Origin: Candidatus Jidaibacter sp.
Lineage (GTDB): Bacteria; Pseudomonadota; Alphaproteobacteria; Rickettsiales; Midichloriaceae
Length of the DNA stretch: 64,000 bases
NCBI GenBank assembly: GCA_021299995.1
Contig: JAJTIA010000025.1
Span: 1,294 to 65,293 of the forward strand
Direction: 5' to 3'
Of the stretch, positions 55,814-63,510 are shown piece after piece. A program made the position numbers and the translations under genes. Below the pieces are notes generated by a model, which saw only the letters and a program-made list of their open reading frames with translations, ran no database searches and was not told where the DNA came from. Position 1 is the first letter of the stretch, and each line of letters starts with the position of its first letter.

Positions 55814-56728
55814 CTATGTGTTTTTTATAAGCAAGTTTTTCAAAGCCGATTCTAAATCTTCAAACTCAAACTTAAAACCTAAGTCTATCAATCGTTTCGG
55901 ATATACTCTTTGACCGTGAAGTAAGAGCCTATCGCCCATCTCTCCAAACAATAGCGTACATATAAATGCTGGCATATCGAAAAAGGCTGGCCTATGCAGT
56001 ACATCAGCAAGAGTCGATGCAAAGGTTTGATTTGTGACAGCATTTGGTGATGTTAAATTAAATATTCCACTACATTCACTATGAGTAATGAAAAAATCTA
56101 TTGCTCTTATTAAGTCATTTATATGCACCCAAGAAAAATATTGCATTCCACTACCTATGTTTCCCCCTAACCCAAGCCTAAAAGGAGGGAGCATTTTTGC
56201 AAGCGCACCACCTTCTTTACCAAGAACGACACCAAACCGTGTTATACACACTCTAGTGCCAAATTTTTCTGCTTTTATAGCTTCATTCTCCCAGGCTTCA
56301 CAAAGCTGATGAGTAAACTCATTGATTGGTTGAGAATCTTCGTATATGACATTGTCTGCTTGGCAACCATAGTATCCTATTGCAGATGCGCTAATCATAG
56401 AATGAGGTTTTTGATTAAGCCTGCTAATTAAGGCAATTATATCCTCAGTTATATTTACCCTACTTGAGAGCAATAGAGCTTTCTGAGTCTCTGACCATTT
56501 TTTATCAGCAATAGGTTCTCCTGCTAAGTTGATAATGCAATATATTTGCTCATTATCTGAAATCTCCTTGAGGTTAGTAATAGAAGTGACTTTGTCTCCA
56601 AAGAGTCTTTGAGATTTTATTACGTCTCTTGTGAGTACTAAAATATCAGCGCCCTTCGCGATTAAGTTAGGAATTAGATGCTTTCCAACAAAACCTGTGC
56701 CGCCCGTAATTAAATATTTCATTAGCAT
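55814..56728 (-). CDS. TIGR01777/YfcH-family NAD-dependent epimerase-like protein (SDR + DUF1731)
   Basis: ITGGTGFVGKHL Rossmann motif. Length and C-terminal domain are typical of YfcH. Confidence 0.78.
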   Translation of the reverse strand: MLMKYLITGGTGFVGKHLIPNLIAKGADILVLTRDVIKSQRLFGDKVTSITNLKEISDNEQIYCIINLAGEPIADKKWSETQKALLLSSRVNITEDIIALISRLNQKPHSMISASAIGYYGCQADNVIYEDSQPINEFTHQLCEAWENEAIKAEKFGTRVCITRFGVVLGKEGGALAKMLPPFRLGLGGNIGSGMQYFSWVHINDLIRAIDFFITHSECSGIFNLTSPNAVTNQTFASTLADVLHRPAFFDMPAFICTLLFGEMGDRLLLHGQRVYPKRLIDLGFKFEFEDLESALKNLLIKNT

Positions 56729-56733
56729 TACTC

Positions 56734-57831
56734 CTATAAAAATGGATAGTCTGTATATCCGTGTTCGTTGCCGCCGTAAAATGTTTTTCTATCATATTTA
56801 TTAAGTTCTGCGCATATTTTAAATCTTTCTACAAGGTCAGGATTTGCGATAAACAGCCTTCCAAATGCAACTGCATCAGCACTGTTATTTTCTACAGCTT
56901 CTTTTGCAAGGTCGTATGTGTACCCACCAGCTGAGATGAATGCACCATTAAATCTAGATTTAAAAAGTGATGACGTGGATGGCGCATCTTGATTTGATGA
57001 ATCGCTCCCTCCTGCAGAAGAAGCACGAGGCTCTATAACATGTACATATGCTATTTGCTTTTTGCTTAGTTGGTCGAATACGTAATTGAATAATGCTATA
57101 GGATCGGTATCTGACATGTCATTAAATGTGCCATATGGTGATAATCTAACGCCTACTCTATCTTTACCAAAAACAGATTCGGCAGCAGAAACAGCTTCTA
57201 GTAAAAATCTTGCCCTGTTTTCTATACTTCCACCATACGCATCATCTCTTTTATTCGATCCATCTTGTAAAAATTGATCTAGCAAATAACCATTTGCACC
57301 ATGTACTTCCACGCCGTCAAAACCAGCTGCTAATGCATTCTCAGCAGCATTTTTGAAATCTTGCACTATTTTTTGTATTTCTTCTATTAGAAGTGCTCTA
57401 GGAGATTCTAATGCAACTGGTTTCCAATCACTAGACATGGTGCCAGAGTTCTTAGGTAGTATCGCAGATGCTGATACAGGAAGTTCACCGTTTGGCTGAT
57501 GAGAGCGATGCGACACCCTACCAACATGCCACAATTGTAAGAACATCCGGCCCCCATTCTGATGTACGGCGCTTGTTACATCTTTCCAGCCTTCTAATTG
57601 CTCTTTTGAGTGTATGCCAGGCGTTGCAGGGTACCCTTGTCCCTGTTGGGTGATTTGGGTTGCCTCAGAAATTATAAGACCTGCAGAACTCCGTTGTTTA
57701 TAGTACTCAGTATTGAGGGCTTGCGGTATATTTCCAGGCTGCTCGCTTCTCATTCTGGTGAGTGGAGCCATAATGATCCTATTAGGCAGAGTGAGGCTTC
57801 CAATTTTTATCTCATCAAATAATGTGTTCAT
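56734..57831 (-). CDS. Old Yellow Enzyme family NADH:flavin oxidoreductase (NemA-like)
   Basis: LPNRIIMAPLTR...LQLWHVGR...HGANGYLLDQFL...FGRLFIANPDL are OYE motifs. Confidence 0.88.
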   Translation of the reverse strand: MNTLFDEIKIGSLTLPNRIIMAPLTRMRSEQPGNIPQALNTEYYKQRSSAGLIISEATQITQQGQGYPATPGIHSKEQLEGWKDVTSAVHQNGGRMFLQLWHVGRVSHRSHQPNGELPVSASAILPKNSGTMSSDWKPVALESPRALLIEEIQKIVQDFKNAAENALAAGFDGVEVHGANGYLLDQFLQDGSNKRDDAYGGSIENRARFLLEAVSAAESVFGKDRVGVRLSPYGTFNDMSDTDPIALFNYVFDQLSKKQIAYVHVIEPRASSAGGSDSSNQDAPSTSSLFKSRFNGAFISAGGYTYDLAKEAVENNSADAVAFGRLFIANPDLVERFKICAELNKYDRKTFYGGNEHGYTDYPFL

Positions 57832-57894
57832 ATAATAATTTCTTCTTCTACTATTTGATATGAGCTTAATAGGAATAGAATTGTTTGCAAGTGG

Positions 57895-59430
57895 CTATAA
57901 TGTATTTAAAAATATATCGGCAGCATTTTTGATTGCTGCAATTTCCTTATCAGATTTTTTCTTTAGTGTAAGGTATGAGTAAAGCATCCTATGGTTACCT
58001 TCTAACTTTTCTTTATGATTGATTATAAAGTTCCAATATAAGTAGTTGAATGGGCAAGCATTTTCTCCTATGACTTTGTTTGGATCATATTTGCAATTAT
58101 CGCAAAAATTCGACATGCGATTTATATATTTGCCACTTGCAGCATAAGGCTTAGTGCCTACTATTCCACCGTCAGCGTATGATGCCATGCCCCTTGTATT
58201 TGGCATCTCAACCCATTCAAATGCATCTATGTAGACTCCCATATACCATTCATCCAGCTCATCTGGAGAGACTCCTATAAGCATTGCAAAATTTCCAGTG
58301 ATCATAAGTCTTTGAATGTGGTGGCTATATGCATGCACTCTTGTTTGTTTTATAGCGCTCTTCAAGCATTGCATTTCTGTCTTATTCTCATCCCAATAAA
58401 ATGATGGTAGCTTTCGAGTATTATTGAAAAAGTTGAGTGTTTTATATTCTGGCATTTTAAGCCAATATATGCCCCTTATGTACTCACGCCATCCAATTAC
58501 CTGCCTTATAAAGCCTTCAGCTGATGAGATATTGCACTTTTTATTATGGTAAGCTTGCTCTACTTTTTTACAACACTCAACTGCAGATAATAAGCCTATA
58601 TTCATATACATTGAGATTATGCTATGAAAGCCGAATTCTAAATCATCTCTCATAGCATCTTGATATTCACCAAAGTTGGTGAGCCTATTGTTTATAAAAT
58701 CGTCAAATGCTATTTCTGCCTCTTTTTTTGTGACAGCAAAAAAGAAATCAAAAGCATCGCCAAAATTTTGTGCGAATCTTTTTTCTATTAAGCTTATTAC
58801 ATCAAGAGTAATTTGATCTGGGGTAAAGTATGGGATTTTAGGTGGCTTTACATTAGATGGGATAGGATTTCTGTTATCTTTATCATAATTCCATTTTGCT
58901 CCAATAGGTTTGTTATTCTCCATGAGTAGACCAGTTTTTTGACGCATCTTGCGGTAAAAAGTTTCCATCAAATAAGTTTTCTTATTTGAGAATATATTTT
59001 CAAACTCGCGCTTATTGCTTATGAATCTATCATCTTCTCTTATTTCCAATTCTACGTTTATATGTGCTTTCAGATTTTGATAATAGCTTAGCACCCGATA
59101 TTCTGAAGGTTCCGTGATTATGATTTTTTTAGGTCTATGTTTTGATATGAAGCGTTGTAGCTCGGAAGTGAGATTACCTGTATTATTTGTATCATCTAAA
59201 TACACGTATTCTACATTAAACCCTAATTGTTTAAGTTCCTCTGCGAAATGGCGCATTGCCGACAGTACTAACACTAGCTTTTTTTTGTGATGAGGAGCGT
59301 ATAAAGTTTCTTCAGAAACTTCTGTCATTAGAATAATATCTGTTTTTTTTGATGCACCAGTTAATGCACTAACATTAAGGCTTAGTTGATCTCCTAACAG
59401 ATGTATTAATGAATCGCACATACTAATCAT
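57895..59430 (-). CDS. cryptochrome/photolyase family protein, Fe-S bacterial type (FeS-BCP / PhrB-like (6-4) photolyase)
   Basis: 511 aa. Four Cys with spacing C-x88-C-x2-C-x12-C (QCLKS ... FCDNCKYDPNKVIGENACPF), as expected for the [4Fe-4S] ligands of this subfamily. Confidence 0.8.
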   Translation of the reverse strand: MISMCDSLIHLLGDQLSLNVSALTGASKKTDIILMTEVSEETLYAPHHKKKLVLVLSAMRHFAEELKQLGFNVEYVYLDDTNNTGNLTSELQRFISKHRPKKIIITEPSEYRVLSYYQNLKAHINVELEIREDDRFISNKREFENIFSNKKTYLMETFYRKMRQKTGLLMENNKPIGAKWNYDKDNRNPIPSNVKPPKIPYFTPDQITLDVISLIEKRFAQNFGDAFDFFFAVTKKEAEIAFDDFINNRLTNFGEYQDAMRDDLEFGFHSIISMYMNIGLLSAVECCKKVEQAYHNKKCNISSAEGFIRQVIGWREYIRGIYWLKMPEYKTLNFFNNTRKLPSFYWDENKTEMQCLKSAIKQTRVHAYSHHIQRLMITGNFAMLIGVSPDELDEWYMGVYIDAFEWVEMPNTRGMASYADGGIVGTKPYAASGKYINRMSNFCDNCKYDPNKVIGENACPFNYLYWNFIINHKEKLEGNHRMLYSYLTLKKKSDKEIAAIKNAADIFLNTL

Positions 59431-59462
59431 AACAACATAAATTTTTTTTATATAAAGCTAAT

Positions 59463-59497
59463 AAAAAAAGGCAGCTGTTTTTGGCCGCCTTTTTTTA
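59463..59497 (-). terminator. rho-independent (bidirectional-looking) terminator after the repeat-peptide gene
   Basis: AAAAAAAGGCaGC-tgttttt-GgCCGCCTTTTTTT is a GC stem flanked by an A-run and a T-run. Confidence 0.7.
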
Positions 59498-59522
59498 TAT
59501 GACTTGTAAAAAAATCAGAAGC

Positions 59523-59768
59523 TTACTTCTTTTTTTCGTCTTTTTTCTCGTCTTTCTTTTCATCTTTAGCTGCTTCAGTAGCTTGTTGCTGAGAAGATCT
59601 ATTGTTTTCAGCAGCAGATCTGTTGTTGTTGTTTTCAGCAGCAGAAGCTTGTTGTTGAGAAGATCTATTGTTTTCAGCAGATCTGTTGTTGTTGTTTTCA
59701 GATGCTTGAACACCTAGAGCTGTAAGAACAACAGCAAGGCCTGAAATGATAGACAAAGTTTTTTTCAT
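59523..59768 (-). CDS. small secreted tandem-repeat protein (81 aa)
   Basis: Signal peptide MKKTLSIISGLAVVLTALGVQA. The mature part is ENNNNRSA(A)ENNRSSQQQA twice, then KDEKKDEKKDEKKK. AGGAG lies upstream. Confidence 0.6.
   Translation of the reverse strand: MKKTLSIISGLAVVLTALGVQASENNNNRSAENNRSSQQQASAAENNNNRSAAENNRSSQQQATEAAKDEKKDEKKDEKKK
59580..59702. repeat. two near-identical ~57-60-nt direct repeats (period 66 nt) inside the small secreted gene
   Basis: AGCTTGTTGcTGAGAAGATCTATTGTTTTCAGCAGCAGATCTGTTGTTGTTGTTTTCAG recurs at 59646 with one substitution and a 3-nt deletion. Confidence 0.8.
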
Positions 59769-59784
59769 GGTGTACTCCTTGAAA

Positions 59785-60429
59785 TTAATATTTTCTGTAT
59801 AAATTTTTTCCTTCTAAAGTGATATTAAAATTGTATTTAATATCGTCCTCTTGAATAGTTGTAATACAGTTTTCGTGTTTTGCAACAAGTAAATCACTTT
59901 TCTTATCGTGCAATGTTTTATTTTTCTTGGTGTTAGTAGTGTTATTAACGCTTTGTTCAAAGTAAAATGAGGTTTCTAAAGGTAAGAAATCTCTATGTCT
60001 TATGCGGATATTTATTTTTGGTTTATCATTGTTTCCGGTTGCTCCAGGGAAAACGGTGAAAAAATTATACACGCCTTCGTTATTTGTGGTTGTGGAGCCT
60101 GTACCAAGAAAATTATGGTCTTTACGAGCTTTAGTAGAGTGGGGTTCTGAGTAATCTAAGCCACCAAAGCTATTTGCCTGCCATATTTCAACAATTGCGT
60201 CAGATACAGGGGTACAGGTGGAATCTGTAACTTTACCTGTGATAGTAATCCATGTGCCATGTGCAAATTCTGATGATCCAGTTTTGCGCCTTAAGTTGTT
60301 AGTTGTGGCAATTTCGTTAGGTGTTGATAAATGCCAAATTGCTGGTGTTAGTTCACATTCCTTTATTAAATCTTTTGCGTGTAAAGACAAAGGTAATACG
60401 GATAATAGCAATATAAAAAATAATCTCAT
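59785..60429 (-). CDS. exported intradiol-dioxygenase-like (PcaH-fold) protein
   Basis: Signal peptide MRLFFILLLSVLPLSLHA. The core ITGKVTDSTCTPVSDAIVEIWQANSFGGLDY...TNNEGVYNFFTVFPG...ETSFYFE follows the protocatechuate dioxygenase beta-sandwich pattern. Confidence 0.6.
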   Translation of the reverse strand: MRLFFILLLSVLPLSLHAKDLIKECELTPAIWHLSTPNEIATTNNLRRKTGSSEFAHGTWITITGKVTDSTCTPVSDAIVEIWQANSFGGLDYSEPHSTKARKDHNFLGTGSTTTNNEGVYNFFTVFPGATGNNDKPKINIRIRHRDFLPLETSFYFEQSVNNTTNTKKNKTLHDKKSDLLVAKHENCITTIQEDDIKYNFNITLEGKNLYRKY

Positions 60430-61073
60430 GATATCTCCAAAACTTTTTGAACTAGTTTATCTATTCCTTTGTACACATTTGAGATTCTATCATCATGCAT
60501 ATATGCAGGCGTACTAACTAATTTATTCTCTACATCAATAACAATGTCATCTGTATTGCATTTTACTGAATTCACTTTCATATCGTGTAGTAAAGTACTA
60601 TTGTTGCCGAGTGTGAGACTAGGTGTACATACATCTTGCAATGCAGAGGCTACAATAGACGGAGAGATGCATATAGAACCAATTGGTTTTTTTGCTTTAT
60701 GGAAAGACAGAATAATTCTTTTGATTGGCTCAATTGGAATACCTTTTTCTCCAGCAAATGCGATGTTGGATAAATTTTTAGCAGCGCCAAACCCTCCAGG
60801 TAGAATAAGGCAATCGAACTTAACTGGATCTAGTGTGGTCAATTCTAATATATCCCCACGTGCTATTCTCGCAGATTCTGCTAGAACGTTCCTGGATTCT
60901 TGCACTTCTTGTCCGCTTAGGTGGCTTACAACGTGATGTTGTGGTGCATCTGGTGCGAAAACCGAGACTTCCGCATCGTATTTATCTAGTGCGAGTAAAG
61001 TAAATACGGACTCTCTTATTTCAGATCCATCTAGATATCCACAACCTGCAAGTATTACAGCAACTTTTTTCAT
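60426..61073 (-). CDS. elbB: DJ-1/PfpI-family protein ElbB (isoprenoid biosynthesis/glyoxalase-like)
   Basis: MKKVAVILAGCGYLDGSEIRESV and ILPGGFGAAKNL...PIGSICISP. It overlaps the dioxygenase-like gene by 4 bp. An alternative start is at 61082. Confidence 0.8.
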   Translation of the reverse strand: MKKVAVILAGCGYLDGSEIRESVFTLLALDKYDAEVSVFAPDAPQHHVVSHLSGQEVQESRNVLAESARIARGDILELTTLDPVKFDCLILPGGFGAAKNLSNIAFAGEKGIPIEPIKRIILSFHKAKKPIGSICISPSIVASALQDVCTPSLTLGNNSTLLHDMKVNSVKCNTDDIVIDVENKLVSTPAYMHDDRISNVYKGIDKLVQKVLEIS

Positions 61074-61143
61074 GACATTCAAATAACTTGATTTCAGATC
61101 AATTTAACAATTAAATCGTGTTTAATAAATATGAAATTTCAAT

Positions 61144-61707
61144 ATGTCTAATTTTGATCAATCTAGCTCTGGTAATAATAAACAAAACCTTTCTCAAGAA
61201 GATGTGATAAAGCTACTGAATCTTGCTTATGAGCTTAAAAAAGCCTTAAGGGTGGGCGATTCATTTAAGATAGAGAGAATTTCTAAAGATATTAATCTGT
61301 TATATCTTCTACTTGAGTATCTTATAGCTAATATAGATAATCCTGCTATAGATACCGCAATTATTGCTTTTTTGTTGGAATACTTGGGTAAAGCTAAAAA
61401 GAAGGACCTGGAGTTTGAAGCAGAAGACGAGATGGATAAAGCAGAATTTGAAAAGATGATGCGCTGGGTGATTTATGAGATTTATAAAACCATAACGCCA
61501 AGGCAAATAGCAGGAGAGACTCCAGTCGAGAATTTTGTAGCCAATGTGAAAAATCTAGGCATAGAAGAAGCTTTAAGGCAAGAGGGTAACGGCTTTATAA
61601 AAGCCGAAGTAATGAAAGATCTCAAGCAAATTGAAATACAGAAACCAACTTTTGCTGAGCTTGTAAAACAGGCTGTAAAACATCATGATCAAGGTATGTC
61701 ACATTAA
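61144..61707 (+). CDS. hypothetical helical protein
   Basis: 187-aa ORF. No family recognised. Confidence 0.4.
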   Translation: MSNFDQSSSGNNKQNLSQEDVIKLLNLAYELKKALRVGDSFKIERISKDINLLYLLLEYLIANIDNPAIDTAIIAFLLEYLGKAKKKDLEFEAEDEMDKAEFEKMMRWVIYEIYKTITPRQIAGETPVENFVANVKNLGIEEALRQEGNGFIKAEVMKDLKQIEIQKPTFAELVKQAVKHHDQGMSH

Positions 61708-61724
61708 CGATGCTATGTGACATC

Positions 61725-61750
61725 CTGTTGATAATCAGATTTATCAGCAG
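61725..61750. terminator. hairpin between convergent genes (10-bp stem with one G-U pair)
   Basis: CTGTTGATAA-tcagat-TTATCAGCAG. Only a weak T-tract follows. Confidence 0.35.
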
Positions 61751-61765
61751 TTGTGATGCTTTGAT

Positions 61766-62761
61766 CTATGCAGCCTTCTTGTTATCCAAATCGAACATGC
61801 TTGAGAATGCTTCATCCCATGAGCCTTTTGTTGCAGCTTTTGCATATTCTGTAACTCTGTTTTCAAAGAAGTTTGTATGCTCAGGTGCGCCCAAAATTTC
61901 ATCAAGCCAAGGTAATGGATTACGCTCTATATGATATATAGAATCCATTCCAAGCTGATTTAGTCTACGGTCGGCGATATATCTGATGTACACTTTAACA
62001 TCATGAGCTGTCATGCCTTCTACTGCATCTTCAAATTCAAATGCAAGATCTATGAATGCATCTTCGTGGTGTACAATTGTTTCGCAAGACTGAACCAATG
62101 AGGTCCTAAAATCATCATTCCATACTTCTGGATTTTCAGATAAGAATGTTCTGAACAATTTTATAATTGAGTTTGTGTGTAAGGTCTCATCACGCACAGA
62201 CCATGCAACAATCTGCCCCATACCCTTCATCTTGCCAAAGCGCTGGAAGTTTAAAAGCATAGCAAAAGAGGCAAACAGCTGCATACCTTCTGTGAAAGCT
62301 CCAAATATAGCTAATGTTTTTGCAATACCTTGCTTAGAGTCAACGTTGAACTGTTGCATATAGTCATATTTGTCTTTCATTTCTTTATATTTCATGAAAG
62401 CTTGATACTCAACTTCTGGCATACCGATTGTGTCCAGCAGGTGAGAGTATGCATCTATGTGTATTGTCTCCATGTTAGAGAATGCAGCAAGCATCATCTG
62501 TACTTCAGTAGGTTTGAAAACTCTACTATAGTGACGCATATAGCAGTTGTTTACTTCTATATCTGCTTGTGTGAAAAATCTGAAAATCTGAGTGAGTAAA
62601 TGCTTCTCAGCTTCTGATAAGTTCTTCTTCCAGTCCTTAACATCGTCTGCTAATGGTACTTCCTCAGGCAACCAGTGAATCTGTTGCTGTATTTTCCATG
62701 CGTCATATGCCCAAGGATATGCAAAGGGCTTGTAAATAGGCTCAGCGTTAAGTAGTGACAT
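61766..62761 (-). CDS. nrdB: class Ia ribonucleotide reductase beta subunit
   Basis: HWLPEEVPLADDVKDW, di-iron ligand regions ETIHIDAYS, EGMQLFASF and RDETLH. The Met at 62761 is preferred over the upstream Met at 62827. Confidence 0.9.
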   Translation of the reverse strand: MSLLNAEPIYKPFAYPWAYDAWKIQQQIHWLPEEVPLADDVKDWKKNLSEAEKHLLTQIFRFFTQADIEVNNCYMRHYSRVFKPTEVQMMLAAFSNMETIHIDAYSHLLDTIGMPEVEYQAFMKYKEMKDKYDYMQQFNVDSKQGIAKTLAIFGAFTEGMQLFASFAMLLNFQRFGKMKGMGQIVAWSVRDETLHTNSIIKLFRTFLSENPEVWNDDFRTSLVQSCETIVHHEDAFIDLAFEFEDAVEGMTAHDVKVYIRYIADRRLNQLGMDSIYHIERNPLPWLDEILGAPEHTNFFENRVTEYAKAATKGSWDEAFSSMFDLDNKKAA

Positions 62762-62839
62762 TTCGACCCCCGAAAATATATTTACAGACTGTACTGTATT
62801 TTGTAATAATGCACAAACAAAAATCATAATATTTATAGC

Positions 62840-63415
62840 ATGAAAATCAGCTCAGGAAAATTCAAAAACAAAAATATTGCTACAAAAATCAAAGGAATAA
62901 AGGTGGAATATACACCAACTTCACTTAAAACGAGGCAGGCGATTTTTAATATATTGATGCACAACTACATGCCAGAGAGTGGTTTAGACGATATGGTGGT
63001 TGCAGATTTATGTTCTGGCAGTGGATCTTTAGGATTAGAAGCGCTATCTCGTGGTGCAAAACATGGGGTATTCGTTGATATAGACAATAATCAGATCAAG
63101 CTAGCGCGTGCAAATGCAGAAAATCTTAATATTACTGATCAATGCACCTTTATATGTAGTGACGCAAGAAGGCTAAGATCTTCCAATCATCACTGCGATA
63201 TAGTGTTTATGGATGCGCCATATAAGAATAATATATCTGCAGAGATACTGGAGGCGCTCATCGGTGCCGATTGGCTTGCGAAAAGCTCCATTATTATTGT
63301 GGAGTGTGATAAACGTGTGGATTTGGATGTGCCACCGGCATTTGAGCTACTAGAACAAAGATTATACGGACGTGTTAAGGTATATTTCTTGATGTATAAA
63401 TCAAAAGCAGTGTAA
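62840..63415 (+). CDS. rsmD: 16S rRNA (guanine966-N2)-methyltransferase
   Basis: ISSGKFKNKNI...DLCSGSGSLGLEALSRGA...FMDAPY are RsmD motifs. Confidence 0.85.
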   Translation: MKISSGKFKNKNIATKIKGIKVEYTPTSLKTRQAIFNILMHNYMPESGLDDMVVADLCSGSGSLGLEALSRGAKHGVFVDIDNNQIKLARANAENLNITDQCTFICSDARRLRSSNHHCDIVFMDAPYKNNISAEILEALIGADWLAKSSIIIVECDKRVDLDVPPAFELLEQRLYGRVKVYFLMYKSKAV

Positions 63416-63510
63416 GATTCTCTCACTTTACATAAGACTGAGTAAAATATAGGCCTGCTCATCTTATGTTTAGAAGCGACACTCTAACGACAGGCCTATA
63501 GAAAAAGCTT

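Noticed and set aside
55710-55913. 67-aa plus-strand ORF after cydB
   Set aside because: It runs 100 nt into the convergent SDR gene and has no motif. The 28-aa TM peptide in the neighbouring frame fits the genomic context better.
59481-59717. 78-aa plus-strand ORF and 72-aa alternative minus-strand ORF (59495-59713) across the repeat region
   Set aside because: They are open only because the tandem repeat lacks stops in several frames. The 59523-59768 frame is the only one with a signal peptide, an AGGAG site and a terminator.
62762-62839. Possible NrdR box upstream of nrdB (TACAGACTGTACTGTA region)
   Set aside because: Only the outer 5 bp are palindromic. It does not match the NrdR consensus (acaCwAtATaTwGtgt), and no second box lies at helical spacing.
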